Shown one piece after another: positions 44,605 to 54,536 of a stretch of 64,000 nt of DNA. Position 1 is the stretch's first letter. Every line of letters begins with the position of its first letter. Under the pieces are notes generated by a model, which made no database searches, was not told where the DNA came from, and saw nothing but the letters and a program-made list of their open reading frames with translations. The stretch is from positions 1,574-65,573 of the forward strand of contig CAJOGD010000002.1 of assembly GCA_905233975.1 (NCBI GenBank). The letters run 5' to 3'. This DNA comes from an uncultured Alphaproteobacteria bacterium (GTDB lineage: Bacteria > Pseudomonadota > Alphaproteobacteria > Rs-D84). A program made the position numbers and the translations under genes.

Positions 44605-45291
44605 ATGAATGGCATTGAGTATATAAAGCAATCTGTTTCGGAATTATTGGGTAACGGTTTTGGCGGGCATGATGATAAACATGTTTTTCGTGTTTATAAC
44701 ATGGCCATGGGGTTCTGTGATGATATCCCGACGGCCAATCGTGATTTGGTTGCCGCGGGCGCGCTGTTGCATGATTGCGATGATTATAAATTGTTCGGCG
44801 CGGAATCTGCGCGGTTGCTGACAAATACGCGGCATATATTGGCGGGTTCTGGGTTTGATGATGAATTTGTGGATAAATGTATTGAAATTGTAAAAACTAT
44901 TGGATACAGCAAACGTCTGGACGGCATTGTTCCGAATTCCATCGAAGGCCAAATTGTTTCTGATGCAGATATGGCGGACGCCACAGGGCTGATTGGTATT
45001 ATCCGGTGCATTGAATATCGTGCGTATCGTTCTGAACGCGGGGAACCGTTTTTTGACCCCGATTGTTTGCCGGTTGAAATGGATGCAGCAAAGTATAAAC
45101 AGACAACGTATTGCCCGATTGTAAATCATTTTTTTGATAAACTTTTCCGGCTGCGCGACATGGCATTAACGGACCCCGGGCGCAAGTGCATAGTCAAAAG
45201 ACACGAAACAATATTCAATTTCTTGCAAACATATTTTGATGAAGTTGACGCGCCCCAGGTTTGGCGGGAATTGCTGGCGCAATACGCGTAA
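44605..45291 (+). CDS. HD-domain phosphohydrolase
   Basis: ..GHDDKHVFRV.. and ..GALLHDCDD.. (H..HD..D signature). 228 aa. Confidence 0.7.
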   Translation: MNGIEYIKQSVSELLGNGFGGHDDKHVFRVYNMAMGFCDDIPTANRDLVAAGALLHDCDDYKLFGAESARLLTNTRHILAGSGFDDEFVDKCIEIVKTIGYSKRLDGIVPNSIEGQIVSDADMADATGLIGIIRCIEYRAYRSERGEPFFDPDCLPVEMDAAKYKQTTYCPIVNHFFDKLFRLRDMALTDPGRKCIVKRHETIFNFLQTYFDEVDAPQVWRELLAQYA

Positions 45292-45370
45292 ATATGGGTG
45301 CGGAAAAAACTTGCCCTGCCCGACTTGGAATTGGTAAAGTTAAATATGAATTAAACAAAGGAATATAATT

Positions 45371-45979
45371 ATGCCAAAGGTTATATTTAATTTTAAAATT
45401 TGTGATAAAAGTCCGGCATGTGGCGGGGTTGAGGTATGTCCCACCGGTGCGCTTTATTACGATGACGGAATTAAATTTGATGAATCTAAATGTGTCGGCT
45501 GTGGCGCATGTGTGGGTGCGTGTCCGATTATGGCGATACACCTTGCAAAAACGAAAGCTGAAGAATTAAAGATTCAATCCGAAATTGACGCTGATACGCG
45601 GCGTTCGGAAGATTTGTTTGTGGATAGATATGGCGCCGATATTGTCGAAACAAAATTGACAGAATCGGACGATGTTGCGTCGGAAATTAAAAACAGCACT
45701 GGATTGCTTGCCATAGAGGTGAATGATGAAGAACTGTTGCATTGTTTGTTGAATTCTATACCCATGAAAGAATTGTTTGCGGGTTATGATGTAAAACATA
45801 TCAAGGTTTTTAATCCAAGTGATTCTTTGCGGCGGGAATTAAATATAGAATCAACCGAATTGCCATGTCTTGTTTTCTTTAAAGATGGACAAAACATTGG
45901 GACGATAAGTGGATATTTTGAAAATGCCGCAACCGAGAAAGCTTATCTGATTAAGAAAATAAAAGAAATTTTGCAATAA
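45371..45979 (+). CDS. 4Fe-4S ferredoxin-domain protein fused to a thioredoxin-like fold
   Basis: C..SPACGG.EVCP ... CVGCGACVGACP cluster motifs at the N-terminus. The C-terminal ~110 aa have a thioredoxin-like pattern (..LPCLVFFKDGQ..) but no CxxC. Confidence 0.55.
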   Translation: MPKVIFNFKICDKSPACGGVEVCPTGALYYDDGIKFDESKCVGCGACVGACPIMAIHLAKTKAEELKIQSEIDADTRRSEDLFVDRYGADIVETKLTESDDVASEIKNSTGLLAIEVNDEELLHCLLNSIPMKELFAGYDVKHIKVFNPSDSLRRELNIESTELPCLVFFKDGQNIGTISGYFENAATEKAYLIKKIKEILQ

Positions 45980-45989
45980 TGTTATAAAA

Positions 45990-46011
45990 ATGCGGGGCTC
46001 CTGCCCCGCAT
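45990..46011. terminator. bidirectional terminator between convergent genes
   Basis: ATGCGGGGC-tcct-GCCCCGCAT. Confidence 0.65.
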
Positions 46012-46028
46012 ATTCGTATTATGGATTT

Positions 46029-47741
46029 TTACATTTCCACCGGTATGCGCAGTCCCATCAGGTCCAATGCCCCGCCCAACACATCAACCGCGGTTTTAAT
46101 GAGGCTAAGGCGCATATTGCGCGTTTCCGCATCCACATCATCACGCAGAATCGGGCAATTATGATAGAACGTGTTTACCAATTGACACACGTCGTATGCA
46201 TAATTCGCGACCAAATCCGTTGCGCGTGAATCGAACGCCGATTGCACAGTGCGATCAAAATCTAACAATCCCATGACAAGGTTCCGTTCGTCGGCGCCCA
46301 TATTTGCGTTTTGTGGAACCGTAAAATCGCCTGCGCGTTTTAAAACGGAATTTAACCGGACGGCGGTGTATAATATGTATGGGCCGGTGCGACCTTCGAA
46401 TGAAGTGATTTGCGACGGTTCAAATATATAATCCGACCGTAAATCGTGCGACAAATCATTGAACTTTAATGCCGCAAGTGCGATTTCATCGATTGTTGCG
46501 TCGTCAAGTTTCTTGCCCGATTCGGCCACGCGATCACGAACCGCCGATTGTACCATGTCGATAATGTCATTTAATCCCGCGGCGTTGCCATCGCGCGTTT
46601 TGAATGGCTTGCCGTCCGTCCCATTTATTGTGCCGTATCCGATATGTTCCAATGAATCGGCCGGAAACATCCCCAGCAATTCGGCAACGCGGAACAGTTG
46701 TTCAAAGTGCAGACTTTGACGGCTATCGGTCAAATAGATAACTTTGTCCGGGTTATCAGTAATTTTGCGATAATAAAGCGCCATAATATCCGTTGCATCG
46801 TATGTCAGTGCCTCGCGTGAGTTGCGGAACATAACCGGGGGCATTGGCTTTTTATCGTCGTTGCGTTTTACAACAACAATTTCTGCGCCGTCACTTTGTT
46901 GCAATAAATTTTTATCGCGTAATATTTTTTCAACAGGTTCTGCATATTTGGCCGCGTTGCGTTCCCCAAGGTTATTGTCAAAAGAAAGCATGTTTAACTT
47001 TCTGATAATTTTATCCATGGATTGCAACGATATGGGTATAAACACGTTATAAAGTGCGTTATATCCGGGGTGGCCGTTTTGCAATTCGGCGGTTATGATT
47101 TGTGCGCGTTCCATGAATTTTTCATCTGTTTTTGCAAGTGCCGCCGCCGATGGATAGTATGTGTCTAATTCTTCGATTGGCATCGCGTATTTTGAATAAT
47201 CCGCAGATGCGTCAAAATTATCCCTGAAGAATGGCCAATCGGGGTGTAATTTTTCAATCCACGCGATCACCATGCCCATCGAACGTCCCCAATCGCCCAT
47301 GTGATTATAGGAAATCATTTTGTGGCCAATCGCGCGCCCAAGCCGGTATAATGTGTCGCCAACAATTGATGTGCGCAGGTGCCCGATATGCAACGATTTT
47401 GCAACATTATATGCGCCATAGTCCATGTCTATGGTCATAGGTTTATCTGATTTCGTTATGTTCGCGGCGGTTTGGACGGCGTTCCATAAAAAGTCATCGC
47501 GGATTTTCAAATTTATAAATCCCGGCCCCGCAATAGACGCGTCGGACACAAAATCTAATTCGCGGATTTTAGGTAAAAGTTCGGTCGCAATTTCGCGTGG
47601 ATTTTTACCGGCCGATTTTGCCATAACCATTGCGGCATTCGTAGAAAAATCGCCAAAGTCACGATTGCGCGGTATTTCCAACTTTGCGTCAAACCCAAGT
47701 TTTTCATTTAGTTTCTCAGATACGTATTTGTAAAGATTCAT
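46029..47741 (-). CDS. argS: arginine--tRNA ligase
   Basis: N-terminal Arg_tRNA_synt_N pattern, HIGH-type AKSLHIGHLRTSIVGD and the C-terminal DALR domain ..RL.L......VL...LDL(M/L)G(L/I)..PE.M. Confidence 0.93.
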   Translation of the reverse strand: MNLYKYVSEKLNEKLGFDAKLEIPRNRDFGDFSTNAAMVMAKSAGKNPREIATELLPKIRELDFVSDASIAGPGFINLKIRDDFLWNAVQTAANITKSDKPMTIDMDYGAYNVAKSLHIGHLRTSIVGDTLYRLGRAIGHKMISYNHMGDWGRSMGMVIAWIEKLHPDWPFFRDNFDASADYSKYAMPIEELDTYYPSAAALAKTDEKFMERAQIITAELQNGHPGYNALYNVFIPISLQSMDKIIRKLNMLSFDNNLGERNAAKYAEPVEKILRDKNLLQQSDGAEIVVVKRNDDKKPMPPVMFRNSREALTYDATDIMALYYRKITDNPDKVIYLTDSRQSLHFEQLFRVAELLGMFPADSLEHIGYGTINGTDGKPFKTRDGNAAGLNDIIDMVQSAVRDRVAESGKKLDDATIDEIALAALKFNDLSHDLRSDYIFEPSQITSFEGRTGPYILYTAVRLNSVLKRAGDFTVPQNANMGADERNLVMGLLDFDRTVQSAFDSRATDLVANYAYDVCQLVNTFYHNCPILRDDVDAETRNMRLSLIKTAVDVLGGALDLMGLRIPVEM

Positions 47742-47758
47742 CTTTCTTGCCCTTTTAT

Positions 47759-49042
47759 TTATTGAATTGGTAAAACCACACGAACACGCAACCCACCAAG
47801 GTCGCCATCTTCCAAGAATATGCGACCGCCATGGTTTTCAATTGCCGTTTGTGCAATGGATAGCCCAAGTCCCGTTCCGCCGGTGTCCGCGCCACGTGCA
47901 TCATCAAGACGGACAAATGGTCGCATTGCGTCGGCCTTTTTGTCGTCCGGGATACCGGGACCGTCGTCTTCGATTGTAATAACCGTTTCGTCCGTACCGT
48001 CGGTTTCGGTCATCTTTATTGTTGTTTTTGCATAGCGGGCCGCGTTTTCTATGATGTTGCTAAATGCGCGCGCAAGTGCCATTGGGCGCGCATAGAATTG
48101 AACCGGGGTTTCGGGGAAATCCGTCACAATTTTCTTGGTTGGTGCGGCATCACGCGCAATACGCAAAAGCATTGGTGGAAGTTCGGTTGTTTGCTCTATT
48201 TCCGGCATTTCACCGCGCGCAAACGATAAATATCCATTTATCATTGATGTCATACGGTCGATGTCGGCAAGCAACGCGGCTTTATTACTGTCGTCCGTTT
48301 CGATTGCCAAACGCATACGGGTAAGTGGGGATTTTAAATCATGGCTAACCGCATTCAGCATATCGGTTCGTGTGCGGTTATATCGGTCGAGCCTGTCTTT
48401 CATTGTTATCATGGCGGTGGCGGCTTCGCGTATTTCTTTGGATCCGGTCGGTTGGAATCCCGGCGCATCCAGCCCACGCCCGAAACGATTTGCCGCATGT
48501 GCGATGCGCCTAATGCTGCGATTATGCAATATTATAAATGGTGCGGTTAGTGCGGATACAATCAAAATTGCGCCGATTAGCCAGATTATAAAAACCTCGG
48601 TACTGGTGGAATAAATGCGATAAAGACTTGTTCCAAAAGTGGCGATAGTGCCGTTTGCGGTTGGAATATCGATTGTAATTAAACGATGTCCCCTATCGAC
48701 ATAGATTTCGCTTTGACGTTTAATACGCTTTGATAGTTCTTGGGAAAGCAGACCCGCTTCGTGGGAATGGTTATCGTTTTTTGCGCCACGATGAATTTCC
48801 GGTGCAACCGTCACATTTATCCCAATGTCGTGCGCCAATGTTTCGGCCGTTTTCATGTCGCCCGAATCCATAAAGTTCATAATGGTTGCAATTTCCACAG
48901 ATAATGTTCGGGCAAGTGTTGCATGGACGCGCGCCCAATGATTACCAAAGAACGCGTTGGCAACGATAATCAACGCCAAGATAAGTGGAACAAGTATCAA
49001 TAAAATTGTGCGCCAAAAAAAACTACGTGGAATCAATCGCAT
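47759..49042 (-). CDS. sensor histidine kinase (EnvZ-like)
   Basis: Two TM helices, H-box NAVSHDLKSPLTRMRL, N-box ..NIIENAARYA.., G-boxes DDGPGIP and GGTGLGLSIA. Confidence 0.85.
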   Translation of the reverse strand: MRLIPRSFFWRTILLILVPLILALIIVANAFFGNHWARVHATLARTLSVEIATIMNFMDSGDMKTAETLAHDIGINVTVAPEIHRGAKNDNHSHEAGLLSQELSKRIKRQSEIYVDRGHRLITIDIPTANGTIATFGTSLYRIYSTSTEVFIIWLIGAILIVSALTAPFIILHNRSIRRIAHAANRFGRGLDAPGFQPTGSKEIREAATAMITMKDRLDRYNRTRTDMLNAVSHDLKSPLTRMRLAIETDDSNKAALLADIDRMTSMINGYLSFARGEMPEIEQTTELPPMLLRIARDAAPTKKIVTDFPETPVQFYARPMALARAFSNIIENAARYAKTTIKMTETDGTDETVITIEDDGPGIPDDKKADAMRPFVRLDDARGADTGGTGLGLSIAQTAIENHGGRIFLEDGDLGGLRVRVVLPIQ

Positions 49043-49043
49043 G

Positions 49044-49697
49044 TTAGATCCTGTGTGTTGTTCGGTCTTTGTTCGGACATACTAATTTATAGCCATGACC
49101 GCGTATGGTTATGATGTCCATGCCTAATGATACATTATTTATTTTTTCGCGCAAGCGTTTTGCGACCATTGGTTTCGCCGGGGCGATATTGCCCACAGGT
49201 GTGGTCAGGTTTTTTAATAACTTTTTTTCTTCGCCGGATAATGACAGGATTTGTTGCCCGCCATTTGAATCAGAAACAAAGAATTCGTTATCCGCGAACA
49301 AAATGCCGTCAATGGTTGTTGGACGTGGTTCGGGTGCAAAGCGCGTCATGTTTTCGATACGTAATATTAATTCTTGCAATTGGAACGGTTTGTCCAGATA
49401 GTCGTTCGCACCGTTTTTAAGTCCGTCTATGGCATTTTCGGCGCCGCCCATCGCAGTTAGCATTATTACCGGCGTATTATTGCCCGCCGCGCGCAATGTC
49501 TTTAGGAAAGTTAAACCATCGATTCCGGTCATCATTCGGTCCAAAACAATTGCGTCAACAGACACGCGACAAAGTATCCGATTGGCTAAGTCTGTATCGG
49601 GCGCGGTTAATACAGAATAACCCGCCGCACGCAATCCGCGCGCCAATGTGTCGCGCAGTGCATCGTCGTCATCAATAATCAATAATGTTTTGTTCAT
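49044..49697 (-). CDS. OmpR-family response regulator
   Basis: Receiver LIIDDDD..., ..LDRMM.G.DGL and ..LTA.., with the winged helix ..ITIRGHGYKL. Its stop is 1 nt before the kinase start. Confidence 0.88.
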   Translation of the reverse strand: MNKTLLIIDDDDALRDTLARGLRAAGYSVLTAPDTDLANRILCRVSVDAIVLDRMMTGIDGLTFLKTLRAAGNNTPVIMLTAMGGAENAIDGLKNGANDYLDKPFQLQELILRIENMTRFAPEPRPTTIDGILFADNEFFVSDSNGGQQILSLSGEEKKLLKNLTTPVGNIAPAKPMVAKRLREKINNVSLGMDIITIRGHGYKLVCPNKDRTTHRI

Positions 49698-49766
49698 AAA
49701 ACCGCCATGATTTATACAACTTAATCATAGCGGTTTTTGGTTTGTTTTTCAAGTAATGAAAAATTT

Positions 49767-50681
49767 TTACTGTTTCAGTAGGGGTTCGACCGCATATTCG
49801 CCCGGCTGAATTGTTTGTATAAGGTTGTTGTTATCGTCATAGGCCGCCCTAAATTGCATGCCGCCGGTCGTGAATTCTGTTTTGAATAATGCATATCCGG
49901 TTGCGCCGCCGGTGGTTGTCCCCTGGGTTCCCAATGAATAGTATCCGCCCAAAATTCCATAATCCAAATCGATATAGTCCAAGTTCAGCATTAATGACAC
50001 ATTACTGAAACCGTCACTGGTCATATTACATGTAAATTCGCGGTTTGATAGTATTGCCGACGAATTATTAGGAATAACCAGGTCCATAATCGTTGGTTCG
50101 CATATACGACTAATGCCATTAACCAGCAATTCATAGGTCATATTTATCGTGGCGCGCGAAAGGCCGGTTGAAACATTTACCTGGGATATTGTGGCCTTTG
50201 GAATTTTAACAAGTGCGTTTGCGATGCCCGACCGTACCGGGAAAGATATGCCAGATTGCAAACAGTCACGCGAAAACGGGTCCGCTTCACATATATAAAC
50301 ACGCGAATGCGCATTCATCATGAACATGTTAACAAGGCTATTGAACAAGAAATTGCGCGTAATTTTGTCATTTAAACGTGTGCAGCCGAAATTACGACAG
50401 ATAACCATTGGGCGTTCCGCGAACATTACGCCGGGGTGTTCTTCGGTTTCCGCGGTACGCATGTCAACAATATTTTGATCGTAATCAAAATCATAATCTT
50501 GGTCCATAAACTCCGTTTCCGGGATAAAGTTCGGATCGTCAGGGTACGCATAGTAAGATTGGACCGGTGTTTCGGTATATACGGTTTGAAAATTTTCCTG
50601 AATATACTGGGTCGTGGCGAACGCCGCAGACGCCGAAAGTATGCCACAAACCGCCACCAGATTAAGCTTTGATGTATTCAT
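49767..50681 (-). CDS. secreted protein, unknown function
   Basis: Signal peptide MNTSKLNLVAVCGILSASAAFA, 304 aa, several Cys. No family recognised. Confidence 0.6.
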   Translation of the reverse strand: MNTSKLNLVAVCGILSASAAFATTQYIQENFQTVYTETPVQSYYAYPDDPNFIPETEFMDQDYDFDYDQNIVDMRTAETEEHPGVMFAERPMVICRNFGCTRLNDKITRNFLFNSLVNMFMMNAHSRVYICEADPFSRDCLQSGISFPVRSGIANALVKIPKATISQVNVSTGLSRATINMTYELLVNGISRICEPTIMDLVIPNNSSAILSNREFTCNMTSDGFSNVSLMLNLDYIDLDYGILGGYYSLGTQGTTTGGATGYALFKTEFTTGGMQFRAAYDDNNNLIQTIQPGEYAVEPLLKQ

Positions 50682-50805
50682 TTCTTCCTTCCTTTTGTAT
50701 TATTCTAAAACATTATCTATATTCGTGTCAAAGCAAAAATTTTTATTGAAAAATGATAAAGGTTTGTTCTATAAATGTTGGCGATAGAAAGAAAAGGTGT
50801 TTTCA

Positions 50806-51465
50806 ATGGTTGATATTATAATATCTGGGGAAATGGGAAAATTGCACGCGGTTTATCACAAGGCGGCGGATGATGATGCGCCGCTCGCGGTTGTGTTGTC
50901 TGGGAACCCGCGGCAAAAGTGTCATATGAATGACCGTATTTCATATGCGATGTTTCGGGCGTTTATGGATATTGGCTTTTCGGTGGTGCGGTTTAACTAT
51001 CGCGGTGTGGGTGATTCCGAAGGTGCGCTTGGGACGACGGCGGACAATATGTTGGATATCGCGACGGTTATTGATTGGATTCAAAATCATAACGAAGATA
51101 GCGATAAAATATGGATTGCCGGACATCAATTGGGCGCGTGGTATGTATTACAGATGTTAATGCGGCGGCCGGAAATTTCGGGCTTTGTGTTGGTGTCGCC
51201 CGATATGGCGGTTTCGGATTTTGCGTTTTTGTCGCCGCGTCCAAATCGCGGATTATTGCTCCAGGGGGCCGAAGAATCGGACGAGGCAAAACATTTCTCG
51301 GAACATCTGACTCAGGTTTTGAAAAAACAGGCGCAGATAAGTTTGGAAACAATTCGTATCAAGAATGCAAATCAAACCTATGCGGCGCCCGCCGATTTGC
51401 GTCAGTTATATAATGATCTAAAGGCGTATGTTGGACGCGAAAACGCGGATACTAAATTGTTGTAA
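50806..51465 (+). CDS. alpha/beta-fold protein (COG2945-like) with a non-canonical nucleophile elbow
   Basis: ATG 50806 after GAAAAGG. G.LHAVYH......PLAVVLSGNP, ..FSVVRFNYRGVG.SEG and ..IWIAGHQLGAW. The expected Ser of G-x-S-x-G is Gln here. Confidence 0.6.
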   Translation: MVDIIISGEMGKLHAVYHKAADDDAPLAVVLSGNPRQKCHMNDRISYAMFRAFMDIGFSVVRFNYRGVGDSEGALGTTADNMLDIATVIDWIQNHNEDSDKIWIAGHQLGAWYVLQMLMRRPEISGFVLVSPDMAVSDFAFLSPRPNRGLLLQGAEESDEAKHFSEHLTQVLKKQAQISLETIRIKNANQTYAAPADLRQLYNDLKAYVGRENADTKLL

Positions 51466-51477
51466 TGGGCGAATGCG

Positions 51478-52473
51478 ATGGAAAGTGCGATAAATGACCG
51501 TTTTATGAATCCAAATTTGCCGGACGAAATGGCCGGTTCGATTCGTCCAAAGACGTTGGCGGATTTTATCGGGCATGAATCATTAAAGCAGAATTTGTCG
51601 GTATTTATATCCGGTGCGCGTGCGCGCGGTGAACCGATGGACCATGTTTTGCTTTATGGACCGCCGGGATTGGGTAAAACAACGCTTGCCCATATTGTCG
51701 CAAACGAACTGGGGGCGAATTTTCGTGCAACTTCGGCGCCGATGTTGACCAAGCAAGGTGATTTGGCGGCGATACTTACGGCACTGGAACCGATGGACGT
51801 TTTGTTTATTGATGAAATTCACCGCCTGCCGACGGCGATAGAGGAAGTTTTGTATTCCGCAATGGAAGATTTCAAACTGGACATTATGTTGGGCGAAGGG
51901 CCGTCGGCGAAAAGTGTGCGTATCGACCTGCCCCCGTTTACCTTGGTCGGGGCGACGACGCGGACGGGACTGCTATCGAATCCGTTGCGCGATCGGTTCG
52001 GAATTGATCTGCGGTTAAGTTTTTATTCGCCAGATGATTTGGCAAAAATTATTCGGCGCAGTGCAAATATTTTGGGAACGGAAATTGACGGGGACGGGGC
52101 GTTGTTATTGGCGAAAAGTTCGCGCGGAACACCGCGTATTGCGAACCGTTTATTAAAGCGTGCGCGCGATTTTGCCGCGGCAACCGGGAACAGTATAATA
52201 ACGGAAAACGTGGTACGGACAACGTTGGAACAACTACATATAGATTCCGATGGTTTGGATCAGGTTGATCGTGAATACATAAATGCGATTATAATGCACT
52301 ATGCCGGCGGACCGGTTGGGATTGATAATTTGGCGGCGGCACTTTCGGAACCGGCGGACACAATCGAAGATGTGATTGAACCGTATTTAATGCAACTGGG
52401 GCTGATACAACGAACACCGCGTGGCCGAATCGTTACCGACGCGGGTTATAAACATATGGGATTGGAAAAATAA
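51478..52473 (+). CDS. ruvB: Holliday junction branch migration DNA helicase RuvB
   Basis: [36 protein letters not shown] (Walker A), [11 protein letters not shown] (Walker B), ..GATTR.G.L..PLRDRFG and [11 protein letters not shown](K/R)R. Confidence 0.95.
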   Translation: MESAINDRFMNPNLPDEMAGSIRPKTLADFIGHESLKQNLSVFISGARARGEPMDHVLLYGPPGLGKTTLAHIVANELGANFRATSAPMLTKQGDLAAILTALEPMDVLFIDEIHRLPTAIEEVLYSAMEDFKLDIMLGEGPSAKSVRIDLPPFTLVGATTRTGLLSNPLRDRFGIDLRLSFYSPDDLAKIIRRSANILGTEIDGDGALLLAKSSRGTPRIANRLLKRARDFAAATGNSIITENVVRTTLEQLHIDSDGLDQVDREYINAIIMHYAGGPVGIDNLAAALSEPADTIEDVIEPYLMQLGLIQRTPRGRIVTDAGYKHMGLEK

Positions 52474-52490
52474 TAACAAAGGGGAAAAGT

Positions 52491-53306
52491 ATGACGTCGA
52501 TAAGCATAAAACAACCTGGGGTTTGTGTGGATGAAGAAATTTATAATAAAATAGTGGCCGATTTGAAGGCTGGTAAGAGGAATGAGATAATTCGTTTTAT
52601 TTTGAATAATCGTAATTGGGTTCAGATAAAACATGCTTCTATACAATATCCTGGTATTTCCCAAACGCAATTTGTGGAAGATATGGTCAGTTTCTCGCAA
52701 GCAAAGCGGCTAATGAACATCTATCGCACTGCTATAGAGTTGTTGCGCTATACTACGGGTAGAAAAGCAAACCTTGACGATGATCGGACCGCCGCTATTA
52801 TGGGACATCGTGGCTGGTATTTAGATGACTATATATTCTCGCCTATTCTTGAAAAGATATGGAAGAATACGAGGAATGAAGATTTGGTGGATTTAGGGGT
52901 TTTTTATAAACGTTTCGCGCCACAATCGAACCCAAAGTATGATGTTGTTCAATCGATTTTGATGGCGAAAGATTTTAATGAATATCTTGCGAAATGGAAT
53001 GATGCCGGTTTCTTTGACGATAAATATACGCGGGCAAATTATATGGACGATTTACAGCTTGTGTTTGATAATATTATAAAGGGTCGGTCAATTGTTTTGA
53101 TGGAACAGGGGTCAATAAACGCCTTTAATAAATTTGGCAAGTTTTGTTGTGATAAAACCAATCCGTATTTTAAACCAGAATATCTAGAAAAAGCCAAGGC
53201 CGCGGCGGCGGTTGTTCAGGAAGATTGGACTTTTGAAAAAAATCGATTGGCGGGATTGCGGCAACCAAATCAAGGATATAATAGGGGTGGATATGGGCGT
53301 TCATAA
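52491..53306 (+). CDS. hypothetical protein (AT-rich insert between ruvB and ybgC)
   Basis: 271 aa, AAAGGGGAAAAG RBS. No family recognised. C-terminal GYNRGGYGRS tail. It overlaps the ybgC start by 14 nt. Confidence 0.55.
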   Translation: MTSISIKQPGVCVDEEIYNKIVADLKAGKRNEIIRFILNNRNWVQIKHASIQYPGISQTQFVEDMVSFSQAKRLMNIYRTAIELLRYTTGRKANLDDDRTAAIMGHRGWYLDDYIFSPILEKIWKNTRNEDLVDLGVFYKRFAPQSNPKYDVVQSILMAKDFNEYLAKWNDAGFFDDKYTRANYMDDLQLVFDNIIKGRSIVLMEQGSINAFNKFGKFCCDKTNPYFKPEYLEKAKAAAAVVQEDWTFEKNRLAGLRQPNQGYNRGGYGRS

Positions 53307-53673
53307 ATTCAAATTTTCGGTGGCGTATGCGGATACTGATGCCGGGGGCATAATGTATCATGGGCGGTATATTGAAATTGCCGAACGTGCGCGTATGAAT
53401 TGGCTTGGACGCAATGCGCGGCCGAATCCGGCCGATGTCGGTTTGGTTATTCGTGATCTTCAGGTTCGGTATCTGCGGCCGTTATTTCTGTGTGATGAAT
53501 TCGTTGTGGAAACGCGGCTGACCGGGATTGGGGCGGCGTCGGTTTCGGTTGAACAAAAGTTCGTGAAAAACGATGAAATTTGTGCTATACTTACCGGGAC
53601 GGCGGCGTATTTGGATGCAAATGGTCGGCCGACGCGCATGCCCGATGTTTTGGCGGGGGCGTTGAAAAAATAA
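53293..53673 (+). CDS. ybgC: acyl-CoA thioesterase, YbgC/4HBT family (Tol-Pal associated)
   Basis: Start at ATG 53293 (MGVHKFKFSVAYADTDAGGIMYHGRYIEIAERAR), the hot-dog-fold catalytic Asp context. It sits directly upstream of tolQ. Confidence 0.8.
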   Translation: MGVHKFKFSVAYADTDAGGIMYHGRYIEIAERARMNWLGRNARPNPADVGLVIRDLQVRYLRPLFLCDEFVVETRLTGIGAASVSVEQKFVKNDEICAILTGTAAYLDANGRPTRMPDVLAGALKK

Positions 53674-53689
53674 TAAAAAGGAAGGGAAT

Positions 53690-54142
53690 ATGAATACATT
53701 TTCGTTGTGGAAACTTTTTACAACCGATGTGGTGACGGCGGTTGCGTCGATTTTGTTGGTTGTGTTTAGTATATTGTCTTGGGCGGTTATTGTGGAAAAA
53801 ATTCGGCTTTTCCATTTGGCGCGCCGGCATAAACCGACCGGAAATCCGGATGTGGCGATTCGGCCGTTTGATAGAAACCTTTGGTTTTTGGCGATGGTTG
53901 CGTATATTTCGCCGTTCATTGGGCTTTTTGGAACGGTTTGGGGCGTTATGGATTCTTTTTCGTCCATTGGTGCGAACCAATCGGTAAGCATTGGTGTTAT
54001 TGCCCCGGGACTCGCAATCGCGCTTGGGACGACGGCGTTGGGTTTGATTGTGGCGATACCTGCGGCAATCGCACACCAGGTTTTCTCTAAACGTGCCGAT
54101 GATTTATACGATTCGTTGGGGGATAAAAAAGATGCCGCGTAA
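53690..54142 (+). CDS. tolQ: TolQ/ExbB-family proton channel, compact form (150 aa)
   Basis: ..PFIGLFGTVWG(V/I)M.SF........IAPG(L/I)A.AL.TTA.GL(I/V)VAIPA..A.. and three TM helices. The cytoplasmic loop is much shorter than in the ~230-aa TolQ I remember. Confidence 0.75.
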   Translation: MNTFSLWKLFTTDVVTAVASILLVVFSILSWAVIVEKIRLFHLARRHKPTGNPDVAIRPFDRNLWFLAMVAYISPFIGLFGTVWGVMDSFSSIGANQSVSIGVIAPGLAIALGTTALGLIVAIPAAIAHQVFSKRADDLYDSLGDKKDAA

Positions 54143-54533
54143 AAGACGCTTTGTTTCGGACGCAATGATAACACTAACGCCGATGATTGACGTTATGACG
54201 GTGTTGCTTGCGGTGTTTATGGTGACGACGCCGATGATGACGAATGGAATCGATTTGGATTTGCCGAATGCCGGGACAACGGTTCTGACCGGGACCGACC
54301 ACGCAATGCAAATAAGTGTCGATTCGGCCGGCCGGTATTATATCGGGACGTTAATGTTGCCTGTGGACGAAGTTGTGACGCGCGCGGTGGCGATGCGTGG
54401 TGAAAATCCGAACCTGACGATTGTTATCAATGGCGATACGCATGCGGATTATGGTGCGGTCATGAATGTTATGGGCAAATTAAAGACCGCGGGATTCCAA
54501 AAAATCGGTCTGCGGACAAAACTGGAAAATTAA
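54132..54533 (+). CDS. tolR: TolR/ExbD-family protein
   Basis: Start at ATG 54132. The sequence MPRKRRFVSDAMITLTPMIDVMTVLLAVFMV contains the conserved TM Asp. It overlaps the tolQ end by 11 nt. Confidence 0.8.
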   Translation: MPRKRRFVSDAMITLTPMIDVMTVLLAVFMVTTPMMTNGIDLDLPNAGTTVLTGTDHAMQISVDSAGRYYIGTLMLPVDEVVTRAVAMRGENPNLTIVINGDTHADYGAVMNVMGKLKTAGFQKIGLRTKLEN

Positions 54534-54536
54534 AAC

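Noticed and set aside
53482-54174. 230-aa minus-strand ORF
   Set aside because: It is antisense to ybgC and tolQ, and its translation has no motifs.
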